Made by a program: the position numbers and the translations under genes. Below are positions 11,514 through 19,764 of a stretch of DNA of 64,000 nucleotides, piece after piece (positions within the stretch are counted from its first letter, which is position 1; each line of letters begins with the position of its first letter). The DNA is from an uncultured Acidobacteriota bacterium (GTDB lineage: Bacteria > Acidobacteriota > Polarisedimenticolia > J045). Under the pieces are notes generated by a model, which was given only the letters and a program-made list of their open reading frames with translations, did no database searches and was not told the DNA's origin. The stretch spans positions 176,740 to 240,739 of the forward strand of contig CAVPCQ010000012.1 in NCBI GenBank assembly GCA_963702425.1. The letters run 5' to 3'.

Positions 11514-12401
11514 TCAGCCGAGCGCCGGGGCCAGGATCTCGCGCGCGAAATCGGCGAGCGTCGTCGGCGACGAGGTCTCGGGGCTGCGCGGTTCCTCGGA
11601 CACGATCGTGCCGTCGTTGACCCCCCGGTAGAGATCGAGCATCGCGCCCGCGGCGCCGGGGCTCATGCCCATCCCCTGCAGGGCCTCGCGGGCCTGCTCC
11701 GGCGTGATCTGCACGTGCGCTATCCGCCGCCCGGCCGCAGCCGAGAAGATCGCCGCGGCTTCGTCGTAGCTGACGTCGGCGGGGCCGTGCAGACCGCGGG
11801 TGGAGCGCCCCGTCCAGGCGCCGTCGAGCAGCCGCCCGGCGGCGACGGCGGCGATGTCGCGCGTGTCGACCATCGGGCCGCGGGCGCTGCCGGCGACCGG
11901 CATGAAGATCGCGCCCATCCCCTTGATCGACGGGATCTGCCAGAGGAAGTTCTGGAAGAACGCCGCCGGCCGGAGGTGGGTCACGTTGGGGCAGGCGGCG
12001 TCGAGCATCGCCTCGACGTCGTGCAGGCCGACAATCGGGCCGGTGCCACGCTCGAGCTGTGCGCCGATGCTCGACAGGTGCACGACGCGCGGAATCCGGT
12101 TGGCCTCGATCACGGCGGCCGCGCTGCGACCCAGCGCGCCGTAGTAGGCGCGCAAGTCGGGCGCGGCGTAGTTCGGCGGCGTCAGCCAGAAGAGGACGTC
12201 GGCCCCCCGCGTGGCCTCGGCGACGAAGGCGGCGTCCTGCAGCGAGCCGGCGCGGATGGCAGCACCGCGTGCGGCGGCGTGGGCGAGCTTCTCGGGGTGG
12301 CGCGCGAGCAGGACGAGATCGGGACCGGCGCCGGCCTCGAGCAGGCGCTCGACGAGGGGGCGGCCGACGTTGCCGGTGGGGGCGGTGACGGCGATGCGCA
12401 T
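11514..12401 (-). CDS. NmrA-like NAD(P)H-binding protein
   Basis: IAVTAPTGNVG, VHLSSIGA, LRPAAFFQN, VDTRDIA. Confidence 0.9.
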   Translation of the reverse strand: MRIAVTAPTGNVGRPLVERLLEAGAGPDLVLLARHPEKLAHAAARGAAIRAGSLQDAAFVAEATRGADVLFWLTPPNYAAPDLRAYYGALGRSAAAVIEANRIPRVVHLSSIGAQLERGTGPIVGLHDVEAMLDAACPNVTHLRPAAFFQNFLWQIPSIKGMGAIFMPVAGSARGPMVDTRDIAAVAAGRLLDGAWTGRSTRGLHGPADVSYDEAAAIFSAAAGRRIAHVQITPEQAREALQGMGMSPGAAGAMLDLYRGVNDGTIVSEEPRSPETSSPTTLADFAREILAPALG

Positions 12402-12687
12402 GGTCGGTCCTCGGGAGAGAGTTCGGGTCTCGGGCGCAGAATGCCGCAGGTCGGCGAGTACCGCATCCGGGGGATTGTCACCCCGTGTTCACCCTTCCTT
12501 CTGCGCGCTGTCACCTCGAACTCGCAGACTCGCCTCAATCCCACGGCGCCCGCCGCCCCCCCCGCGGCGGGCAGGCATCGCGGCCCGGACTTCCCTCACG
12601 GCCCGTCTCGGGGCCGACCATCCCACCGGGCCCTCAGCACCAGGGCCGGGCGGGCCCTCCTCCGGGGCCTGCCCGATCTTTTTTCCC

Positions 12688-12715
12688 GGAACTCCTCCCG
12701 CCGACGGCGGTCCAA
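12688..12715 (+). promoter_or_regulatory. Putative ECF-sigma promoter
   Basis: GGAACT-N16-GTCCAA, preceded by a T-tract, 30 nt before the ATG at 12746. Confidence 0.6.
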
Positions 12716-12745
12716 CGGGTCGGGACCAGCCAAGGAGACCACGCC

Positions 12746-13618
12746 ATGACGACTCGCCGCTTCCCGTTCCCGCTCCTGCCCCTCGGCCTGCTGGCCGCCG
12801 CCCTCCCGCTTTCCCTCCTGCTCGCCGGGGCCGCGCCGGCCACCGCCTGCCAGGCCGCGCCCTGCCCCTACTCGATCGAGGTCCTCGTCGACGGGCAGCC
12901 GCTGGCGACCTACGCCGCCCGCGGCACGACCTACGTCGAGGCGCTGCGCGGCCGCGAGTACGCGATCCGGCTGCGGAACAACACCGGCCGCCGCGTGGCC
13001 GTCGCGCTGTCGGTCGACGGTCTGAACTCGATCGATGCGAAGTCCACGACCGCGCGCGACGCGTCCAAGTGGGTGCTCGGACCGTGGGAGACCGCGGTGA
13101 TCAGCGGCTGGCAGACCAGTTCCGACCACGCCCGCCGTTTCTTCTTCACCAGCGAGGAGAAGTCGTACGGGGCGTGGCTCGGGCAGACCGACGACCTCGG
13201 CGTGGTGTCCGCCGCCTTCTTCCGCGAGATCGAGGCGCCGCGGCCGCAGGCGAAGCGTGCCCAGCCGATGGCGCCGGAGGCCGACGGGGGGGCGCGCCAT
13301 CGGGACGAAGCGCCGGCGGCCGGCGCCGCGCAGAATGCGCCGACCGAGAGCAAGGCCGAGCGCAAGGCGGACGGCAAGGACGCGCTGTCCGACGAATACG
13401 CTGCAACCGGCATCGGCCGCCAGGTCGACGCCCCGGTCTACTCGGTCGACATGAAGCTCGAGCGGAACCCGGCCGCGACTGTCTCGATCCGCTACGAGTA
13501 CCGCGACGCGCTGGTCCGGCTGGGCGTGCTGCCCGCGCCGCGACCGACGCCGGACCCGCTGGCGCGGCGCGAGCGGGCGCGCGGGTTCCAGGAGTTCGCG
13601 CCGGATCCGTACCGCTGA
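12746..13618 (+). CDS. Conserved secreted hypothetical protein (290 aa)
   Basis: AAGGAG RBS, signal peptide, beta-rich YAIRLRNNTGRRVAVALSVDGLN...ISGWQ...FFFT...GVVSAAFFRE domain. Confidence 0.82.
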   Translation: MTTRRFPFPLLPLGLLAAALPLSLLLAGAAPATACQAAPCPYSIEVLVDGQPLATYAARGTTYVEALRGREYAIRLRNNTGRRVAVALSVDGLNSIDAKSTTARDASKWVLGPWETAVISGWQTSSDHARRFFFTSEEKSYGAWLGQTDDLGVVSAAFFREIEAPRPQAKRAQPMAPEADGGARHRDEAPAAGAAQNAPTESKAERKADGKDALSDEYAATGIGRQVDAPVYSVDMKLERNPAATVSIRYEYRDALVRLGVLPAPRPTPDPLARRERARGFQEFAPDPYR

Positions 13619-13643
13619 GCCTCTCCCGAGCCGGTGTTCTTTC

Positions 13644-13719
13644 GGGCCGCCACGGAGGGTGGCCTCTGCAGAAGACGAGACGTTTCGCGGGCCGTAGGGG
13701 CCGGCCTCCGTGCCGGCCC
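13644..13719. repeat. REP pair (one degenerate, one intact) between convergent genes
   Basis: GTAGGGGCCGGCCTCCGTGCCGGCCC at 13694-13719; inverted 21/26 copy at 13644-13669. Confidence 0.75.
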
Positions 13720-13734
13720 TTGCCGTCTCTCCGC

Positions 13735-15207
13735 TCAGCGCACCCCGCCCATCAGCCGCCGCACCAGCGGCGACGCCAGCGCCAGCACGATCCCCGCGAC
13801 CAGCGTCGTGCCGGCCACGATCCCGAACAGCGCCGGCAGCGACACCGTCTCGTACATCCCGGCGACGCGGCCGCCGAGGTAGTTCCCCACCGCGGCGGCC
13901 AGGAACCAGACCCCCATCATCAGTCCGGTGACGCGCGCCGGGGCGAGCTTGGTCACGGTGCTCAACCCGACCGGGGAAAGACAGAGCTCACCGACGACGT
14001 GGAAGAAATAGGTCGCGAGCAGCCAGCCCACGCCCACCTTCGCCCCGCCCGCCGAACGCACCGAGGCCGCCACCATCACCAGGAACCCGACACCGACCGA
14101 GAGCAGTCCCAGCGAGAACTTCACCGGGCTCGACGGCTGGCGCGAGCCGAGCCGGGTCCAGAGCCACGCGAAGACCGGGGCGAACAGGATCACGAACAGG
14201 GCGGGCACCCACTGGAACCAGCCCGCCGGGAACTCCCATCCGCCGAGCGTCCGGTCCGTCGCGTTGCGCGCGAAGAGGTTCAGCGACGAGCCGGCCTGCT
14301 CGTACGCGCCCCAGAAGAAGGCCGCGGCGACGAACAGCGCGACGATCGCCCACAGGCGCCCGCGCTCGGTCGGCGTCCAGTTGCCGGTTCGGAACAGCCA
14401 CGCGAAGAAGACGAGCACCAGCAGGATCAGGAAGACGCCGAAGGCGTTCGAGATCGACTCCGCGGTCGGCACCAGCCAGCCCAGCCCCCACGCCGCGGCA
14501 ACGCCCGCGAGGGCCACGCCGCCCAGGACGGCGCCGAGCACGAGCTGCCGCACCTGCAGCGTGGAGGCCTCCGCGCTCCCGGTACCGGCCGGCTGCAGGC
14601 CCGCATCGCCGAGCCGGCGTTGCCCCACCATGTAGACCGCGAGGCCGACACACATGCCGACGCCGGCCGCGGCGAAACCCGCCCGCCAGTCGACCTTCTC
14701 GCCGAGCCAGCTGCAGACCAGCGGGCCGAGGAAGGCGCCGAGGTTGATGCCCATGTAGAAGAGCGAGAACCCCGCGTCGCGCCGATCGTCCTCCGGGGCG
14801 TAGAGCTGGCCGACGATCGCGCTGACGTTCGGCTTGAGCAGCCCCGTCCCGGCGATGACCAGCCCGAGTCCAGCGTAGAAGGCCGCCATCGACGGCACCG
14901 CCATCGCGAAGTAGCCGAGGGCGATCAGCACCCCGCCGAACAGGACCGCCTTGCGCTGGCCGAGGAACCGGTCGGCGATCCAGCCGCCCGGGAGCCCGAG
15001 GAAGTAGACGAGCGAGGTGAACAGCGCGTACACGGCCCCGGCGTCCGCCGTGCTCATGCCGACGCCCCCCTCCGCCGCGGCCGCAGTGAGGTAGAGGATC
15101 AGCAGGGCGCGCATCCCGTAGTAGCCGAAGCGCTCCCACATCTCGGTGAGGAAGAGGACGGCGAGGCCGCCGGGGTGGCCGAAGAAGGACCGCTCGGGGT
15201 TCGTCAT
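13735..15207 (-). CDS. Proton-dependent oligopeptide transporter (POT/PTR, MFS)
   Basis: FGHP.GL..LFLTEMWERFGYYGMRA (ExxERFxYY), GWIADR, GLLKPN, FYMGINLG, GELCLSPVG. Confidence 0.96.
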   Translation of the reverse strand: MTNPERSFFGHPGGLAVLFLTEMWERFGYYGMRALLILYLTAAAAEGGVGMSTADAGAVYALFTSLVYFLGLPGGWIADRFLGQRKAVLFGGVLIALGYFAMAVPSMAAFYAGLGLVIAGTGLLKPNVSAIVGQLYAPEDDRRDAGFSLFYMGINLGAFLGPLVCSWLGEKVDWRAGFAAAGVGMCVGLAVYMVGQRRLGDAGLQPAGTGSAEASTLQVRQLVLGAVLGGVALAGVAAAWGLGWLVPTAESISNAFGVFLILLVLVFFAWLFRTGNWTPTERGRLWAIVALFVAAAFFWGAYEQAGSSLNLFARNATDRTLGGWEFPAGWFQWVPALFVILFAPVFAWLWTRLGSRQPSSPVKFSLGLLSVGVGFLVMVAASVRSAGGAKVGVGWLLATYFFHVVGELCLSPVGLSTVTKLAPARVTGLMMGVWFLAAAVGNYLGGRVAGMYETVSLPALFGIVAGTTLVAGIVLALASPLVRRLMGGVR

Positions 15208-15246
15208 CGCCAAAGAGTAACCAATATCCGACAACAGTAATAGCCT

Positions 15247-15374
15247 GTAGGGGCCGGCCTCTGTGCCGGCCCGTGCAGGGCCGGCCTCTGTGCCGGCCCG
15301 TGCAGGGCCGGCCTCTGTGCCGGCCCGAACTGCGACGGCGCGTCACGCGGGCCGGCACGGAGGCCGGCCCCTAC
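15247..15374. repeat. REP cluster: three tandem copies (27-bp period) plus one inverted copy
   Basis: GTAGGGGCCGGCCTCTGTGCCGGCCC 15247-15272, two GTGCAGGGCCGGCCTCTGTGCCGGCCC 15273-15326, inverted copy 15349-15374. Confidence 0.88.
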
Positions 15375-15393
15375 AGGGCGCGCGCCGCGGCCC

Positions 15394-16158
15394 CTATCGG
15401 AAGATCAGCGCGTACGAGTCGGCCGACAGCCGGTGCAGCCCCAGCAGCGTCTTCCCCTTCTGCAGGCCCATCCGATCCTTGACCCGCCCTTCCTCGATCG
15501 GCTCGTAGACCGGCAGCACCAGGTAGGCCGGCTTCGGCCGGTCCCCGAGCGGCGCGGTGACGAACAGACTGTCCCCCACGTCGAGCGGGATCACCTGCAC
15601 GACTTCGCGCCCGTCCTTCGCCTGCTGGTTGAAGAACTCCATCAGGACCAGGTCGTCCACGAAGGTCGCGCGAAGGACTCCCGTAGCTTCCTTCTCAGCT
15701 TCTTCCTTCGGGACACTGGTGATCGAGATGCTGCGCCCGCCGGCGCGCGCAACGCCGCCGCCGGACGCGGACCCGCCGGGCGCGGGCCCGATCGCTGCCA
15801 GCGGCTTCGGCTTCTGCAGCGCGACGTCGAGCGTCGTCCCGTCGGCGCCGACCTCCACCGCCGCGAACTCGCGAGAGACGAAGCCGGCCTTGCGGACCCC
15901 GACCCGATAGGTCCCCGCGGCCAGGCCGGCGACGCGGAACGCGCCTTGCGCGTCGGTGCCGACCGCCCGCGGCGCCTGGTCCGAGTCGACCAGCATCGCC
16001 ATCACGACGGCCCCCTCCACCGGCTTCCCCTCGGCATCCTTGACCGAGCCGCGCAGCACGCCGGCCCCCGCGGCGCCGGCGACGGCAACCAGCACGGCGA
16101 AGATCAGGGCGGCGGCGATCGCGCCGAGGCCACGCGCGGCGAAGGAAAACACGGGCAC
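15394..16158 (-). CDS. Secreted carboxypeptidase-regulatory-like (beta-sandwich) domain protein
   Basis: AGGAGG RBS plus GTG; signal peptide; LRGSVKDAEGKPVEGAVV...TDAQGAF...GTYRV..GF. Confidence 0.8.
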   Translation of the reverse strand: MPVFSFAARGLGAIAAALIFAVLVAVAGAAGAGVLRGSVKDAEGKPVEGAVVMAMLVDSDQAPRAVGTDAQGAFRVAGLAAGTYRVGVRKAGFVSREFAAVEVGADGTTLDVALQKPKPLAAIGPAPGGSASGGGVARAGGRSISITSVPKEEAEKEATGVLRATFVDDLVLMEFFNQQAKDGREVVQVIPLDVGDSLFVTAPLGDRPKPAYLVLPVYEPIEEGRVKDRMGLQKGKTLLGLHRLSADSYALIFR

Positions 16159-16253
16159 TGATCCTCCTCTCCCCGGCACGGGGCCTCTTCCAACGATGGT
16201 GCCCGTGCCGGACCGGCGCCAGCCGCGCCAGCCGGGCGCGCGGCCGGCGGGCC

Positions 16254-17792
16254 TCACATGAACTCCTTCGTGCTCGGCCAGATCTCGGCGATCGGCCGCT
16301 TCCACCCGCGGCCGACGAAGATCGGGATCTCGCGCTCGAACGGCATGCAGAGCTCGCAGCGATGCGTCGCCTCCAGCTCGACCGACTCGAACGCCTCGCG
16401 GTGCTCCTCGATCCGTCCGCCGACGAGGATCAGCGCGCGCGGCTGGCCCGGCCCCGGCCCCCAGAGCCACCAGTTGTTATGCCCCGACACGACCCGCGGC
16501 AGGCCGTCGCGCTCCCCGTACAGCTCGATCGCACCGGCGCGGCCGTAGTTCGTCGTGTAGATCGCGACGTCCGCACGCTCCTCGACCGGGAGCGCGGCGA
16601 CCACCTGCGCCACGTCGGCCGCGAGTTCCTCCCAGCCGAGCCGGTCAGCCAGGTGCTGCGGCAGCGCGCCGACCTCGTGCCGCTCCTGCGCCTTGGGCTG
16701 GATCCCGATCGTCCGCGCGTAGGCCGAGTACGACGCTGGCGCCAGGACCGGCAGCGCCATCGGCGCCAGCGCGATGCCCGCCGCGCCGAGCGCAACCAGG
16801 TAGGCGGCCACGAGCGGCCTGCGGCGCTGCACCAGTCGCGAAAGCGCAACGCCCCCGGCAGCGAGCAGCGGCGGGAAGGCCGGCGCGAGGTAGTACGGCT
16901 TCGCTGACCCGCTCGCCGCGAGCAGCAGGAAGACCGTGACGAAGATCACCGCCAGCGGGCGCCAGCGGCGGGCCGTCGGCGCGAGCAGCAGCCAGAGCAG
17001 CCCGCCCAGCCACAGCGGCAGCGCGAGCGGGTTCATGAAGAGCACCTGCTGGCCGACGAAGTCGGTCAGCGCCAACTCGACGTTCTTGTACTGCGCCGCG
17101 TTGCCCATGAACTCCAGCGTCGGCCAGCCGTGGGCGGCCTGCCAGAGCAGGTTCGGCAGCGCGATCAGCCCGGCAGTCCCCGCCGCGAGCCACGGCCCGG
17201 CGGTGCGCAGCGCGCGGCGCTGCGCGGTCAGCAGCAGCGCCGCGGCCAGCCCGACACCGAGCCAGAGCACGCTGATCTTGTTCTGCAGGCCCAGCCCCAG
17301 CGCGATCCCCAGGAGGACCCACCAGCGCGTCCCGCCGGTGTCGATCGTGCGCACGATCAGCCACGCTGCGACCGTCCAGAGCATTACGTCGAAGGCGTTC
17401 ATCGAGTAGAAGCCGAAGAGCGCGAGGTAGACCGGCGCGCAGAGCGCCGCGAGCGACGCCGCCGCCTGCGCCCAGGCCCGCCCGCCCAGCCGGGCCGCGA
17501 GCGCGCCGGTCAGGTAGACGGTCGCCGCTCCGGCCAGCGCCGGCAGCAGCTTGAGCGTGAGGACCATGTCGGGCAGCACCAGCCGCTGCAGCGCCAGCAG
17601 CGCGATCGACAGCGGCGGCTGGTCGACGTAGCCCCAAGCGAGACGCTTCGCGCACGAGATGTAGTACAGCTCGTCGCGGAAGATCCCGTAACCGGTGGCG
17701 ACGAAGAACTGGACCGCGAACTCGACCAGCGCGAAGAGGGCGGGCGCGATCAGCAGCCCGCTCCGGGACGCCTGTGTCGCCCGGATGCTCAT
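16254..17792 (-). CDS. GT-C glycosyltransferase (ArnT/PMT, family 39-like)
   Basis: YGIFRDELYY, LAWGYVDQPPL, GLQNK, PNLLWQ, KPYYL, NYG.AGA, SGHN; polytopic. Confidence 0.9.
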   Translation of the reverse strand: MSIRATQASRSGLLIAPALFALVEFAVQFFVATGYGIFRDELYYISCAKRLAWGYVDQPPLSIALLALQRLVLPDMVLTLKLLPALAGAATVYLTGALAARLGGRAWAQAAASLAALCAPVYLALFGFYSMNAFDVMLWTVAAWLIVRTIDTGGTRWWVLLGIALGLGLQNKISVLWLGVGLAAALLLTAQRRALRTAGPWLAAGTAGLIALPNLLWQAAHGWPTLEFMGNAAQYKNVELALTDFVGQQVLFMNPLALPLWLGGLLWLLLAPTARRWRPLAVIFVTVFLLLAASGSAKPYYLAPAFPPLLAAGGVALSRLVQRRRPLVAAYLVALGAAGIALAPMALPVLAPASYSAYARTIGIQPKAQERHEVGALPQHLADRLGWEELAADVAQVVAALPVEERADVAIYTTNYGRAGAIELYGERDGLPRVVSGHNNWWLWGPGPGQPRALILVGGRIEEHREAFESVELEATHRCELCMPFEREIPIFVGRGWKRPIAEIWPSTKEFM

Positions 17793-17870
17793 GGCACGAG
17801 TCTACCGCGCCCCCGGAGCGGCCCGCACGGGGGCCGGGACCGCGCCCCGGGACCGGTCCCGTCGCCCGCC

Positions 17871-19661
17871 TCAGTCCACCGTCAGCGTCTTGCTGAGGTT
17901 GCGCGGGAAGTCCGGGTCGAACCCGCGCGCGACGCTCAGCCGGTAGGCCAGCAGCTGGAGTGGGATCGTCGCCAGCATCGGGTTCAGCAGCGCCCCGGCG
18001 CGCGGCAGCGTGATCAGGTCGTGGGCGTTGATCTGCAGCCGCGGGTCCTCTTCGGCGATCGCGATCGCCCGGCCGCCGCGGCAGGTCGTCTCGTTGATCC
18101 CGCTGACCAGCAGCGGTACGTCCTCCGGGCCGGAGACGAACAGCACGGGGTATCCCTCGCTGACCGCCGAGAGCGGCCCGTGCTTGAACTCCGTCGAGAG
18201 CATCCCCTCGCAGTGGGCGTAGGTGATCTCCTTGAGCTTGAGCGCCCCCTCCAGCGCGATCGGGTAGGTCAGGCCGTAGCCGAGGGCATAAAGGTCCTGG
18301 TGCCCGTGGAGCGCGTCGTCGAGCGCGGCAACCTGCGGCTCGCTCGACCGGATCGTCTCCTCGAGCAGCGCCGGCAGGTGGGCCAGCCCGTCGGTCGGGT
18401 GGTCCCCCATCCGGAGCCCGAGGAACAGGAAGGCCAGCACCTGGTTCATGAAGGTCTTGGTCGCCGGGACGCTGATCTCGTAGCCGCAGGCCAGCGGCAG
18501 GTAGCGCTCGCTCTCGCGCAGCAGCGTCGAGCCGAGGACGTTGACGAGGCCCAGGATCCCGACGCCGTGGCGTCGCGCCGCGGCCAGGGCGTTCAGGACG
18601 TCCTTGGTCTCCCCGCTCTGGCTGACGAACAGCGCGACGTCGTCCGGACCCAGCGCCGGCGCGTACTGGGCGATGAACTGCGGCGCCAGCACCGGGATCG
18701 CGGGGCGCCGGGCCAGCCGCGCGAAGTAGACCGCCCCCAGCATGCAGGCGTGGTAGCTCGTCCCGCAGCCGACCAGGTAGAGGTGCCGGGCGCGCGCCAT
18801 CCGCTCGGCCATCGGGCCGACGTGCTTGGAGTGCTCGAGCAGGTGCAGCAGCTCGGCCGCCGCTTCCGGCTGCTCGTGGATCTCCTTCAGCATGAAGTGG
18901 GCGTAGCCCCCCTTCATGACCGCGTCCATCGTCTCGGTGATCTCCTCGGGCTCGCGCTCGACGAGGTGCCCGTCCTCGACCCGTCGGATCTCGACGCGAT
19001 CGTGCCAGAGGGTGACGATCTCGCCGTCGTGGACGCGGACGATGCGCCGCGTCAGCGGCAGAATCGACGGCAGATCCGAGGAGATGCAGGTCGCGCCCTC
19101 CGCGAGACCGATGACCAGGCCGGAGCCCTTCTTCAGCGCGTACAGCCGGTCGTCCGTCTTTCGCCCGACGACGAAGGCGTAGTCCCCCTCGAGGTCGCCG
19201 TAGGCGTGGCGGATCGCCTCGATCATCCCGTGGCCGCGCTCGAGCCAGCGCTCCACCGCGTGGACGCACGACTCGCCGTCGTTGGTCGAGCGGACCGTCA
19301 TCCCCTCGTCGATGAACTGCTGCCGCAGCTCGACGTTGTTGACGACGTTGCCGTTGTGCGCGCCGACCAGGTCGCCGTCGGAGTCGAGATGGGGCTGGGC
19401 GTTGGCGGTCGAGGGGTGGCCGAAGGTCGCCCAGCGCAGCTGGACCATCCCGCGCCGGCCTTTCATCTCGGCGAAGCGCAGGCGCTGCGCGACGTCGTCG
19501 ACCTTCCCGACGTCCTTGCGCAGGTCGATCGCTCCCTTGTCCCCGATCGTCGCGCAGCCGACCGAGTCGTAGCCGCGGTACGAGAGGCGCTGGCCGGCCT
19601 CGGTGAGGATCGTGCCGAGCGGCTGCTCCTTGCTCACGACGATGCCGAAGATCCCGCACAT
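17871..19661 (-). CDS. glmS: Glutamine-fructose-6-phosphate transaminase (divergent type)
   Basis: MCGIFG, YRGYDS, RWAT, HNG, MLKEIHEQP, CGTSYHA, SQSGET, EGALKLKE, KHGP, PRNLSK. Confidence 0.93.
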   Translation of the reverse strand: MCGIFGIVVSKEQPLGTILTEAGQRLSYRGYDSVGCATIGDKGAIDLRKDVGKVDDVAQRLRFAEMKGRRGMVQLRWATFGHPSTANAQPHLDSDGDLVGAHNGNVVNNVELRQQFIDEGMTVRSTNDGESCVHAVERWLERGHGMIEAIRHAYGDLEGDYAFVVGRKTDDRLYALKKGSGLVIGLAEGATCISSDLPSILPLTRRIVRVHDGEIVTLWHDRVEIRRVEDGHLVEREPEEITETMDAVMKGGYAHFMLKEIHEQPEAAAELLHLLEHSKHVGPMAERMARARHLYLVGCGTSYHACMLGAVYFARLARRPAIPVLAPQFIAQYAPALGPDDVALFVSQSGETKDVLNALAAARRHGVGILGLVNVLGSTLLRESERYLPLACGYEISVPATKTFMNQVLAFLFLGLRMGDHPTDGLAHLPALLEETIRSSEPQVAALDDALHGHQDLYALGYGLTYPIALEGALKLKEITYAHCEGMLSTEFKHGPLSAVSEGYPVLFVSGPEDVPLLVSGINETTCRGGRAIAIAEEDPRLQINAHDLITLPRAGALLNPMLATIPLQLLAYRLSVARGFDPDFPRNLSKTLTVD

Positions 19662-19764
19662 CGAGTTGTCTCCCGGGAGGAATCGCGCATCCTAGCGCGG
19701 TTTTCGCCGGGGGGCCGGGGACCGCGATCGGGCCGTCCCGGGGGCGGGCGGACGCGGTAGATTC

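Noticed and set aside
15247-15326. Tandem 27-bp repeats as a CRISPR array
   Set aside because: No unique spacers and no cas genes; the units are REP copies
19662-19764. glmS ribozyme
   Set aside because: Gap is ~100 bp with the -10 close to the start; no ribozyme core seen
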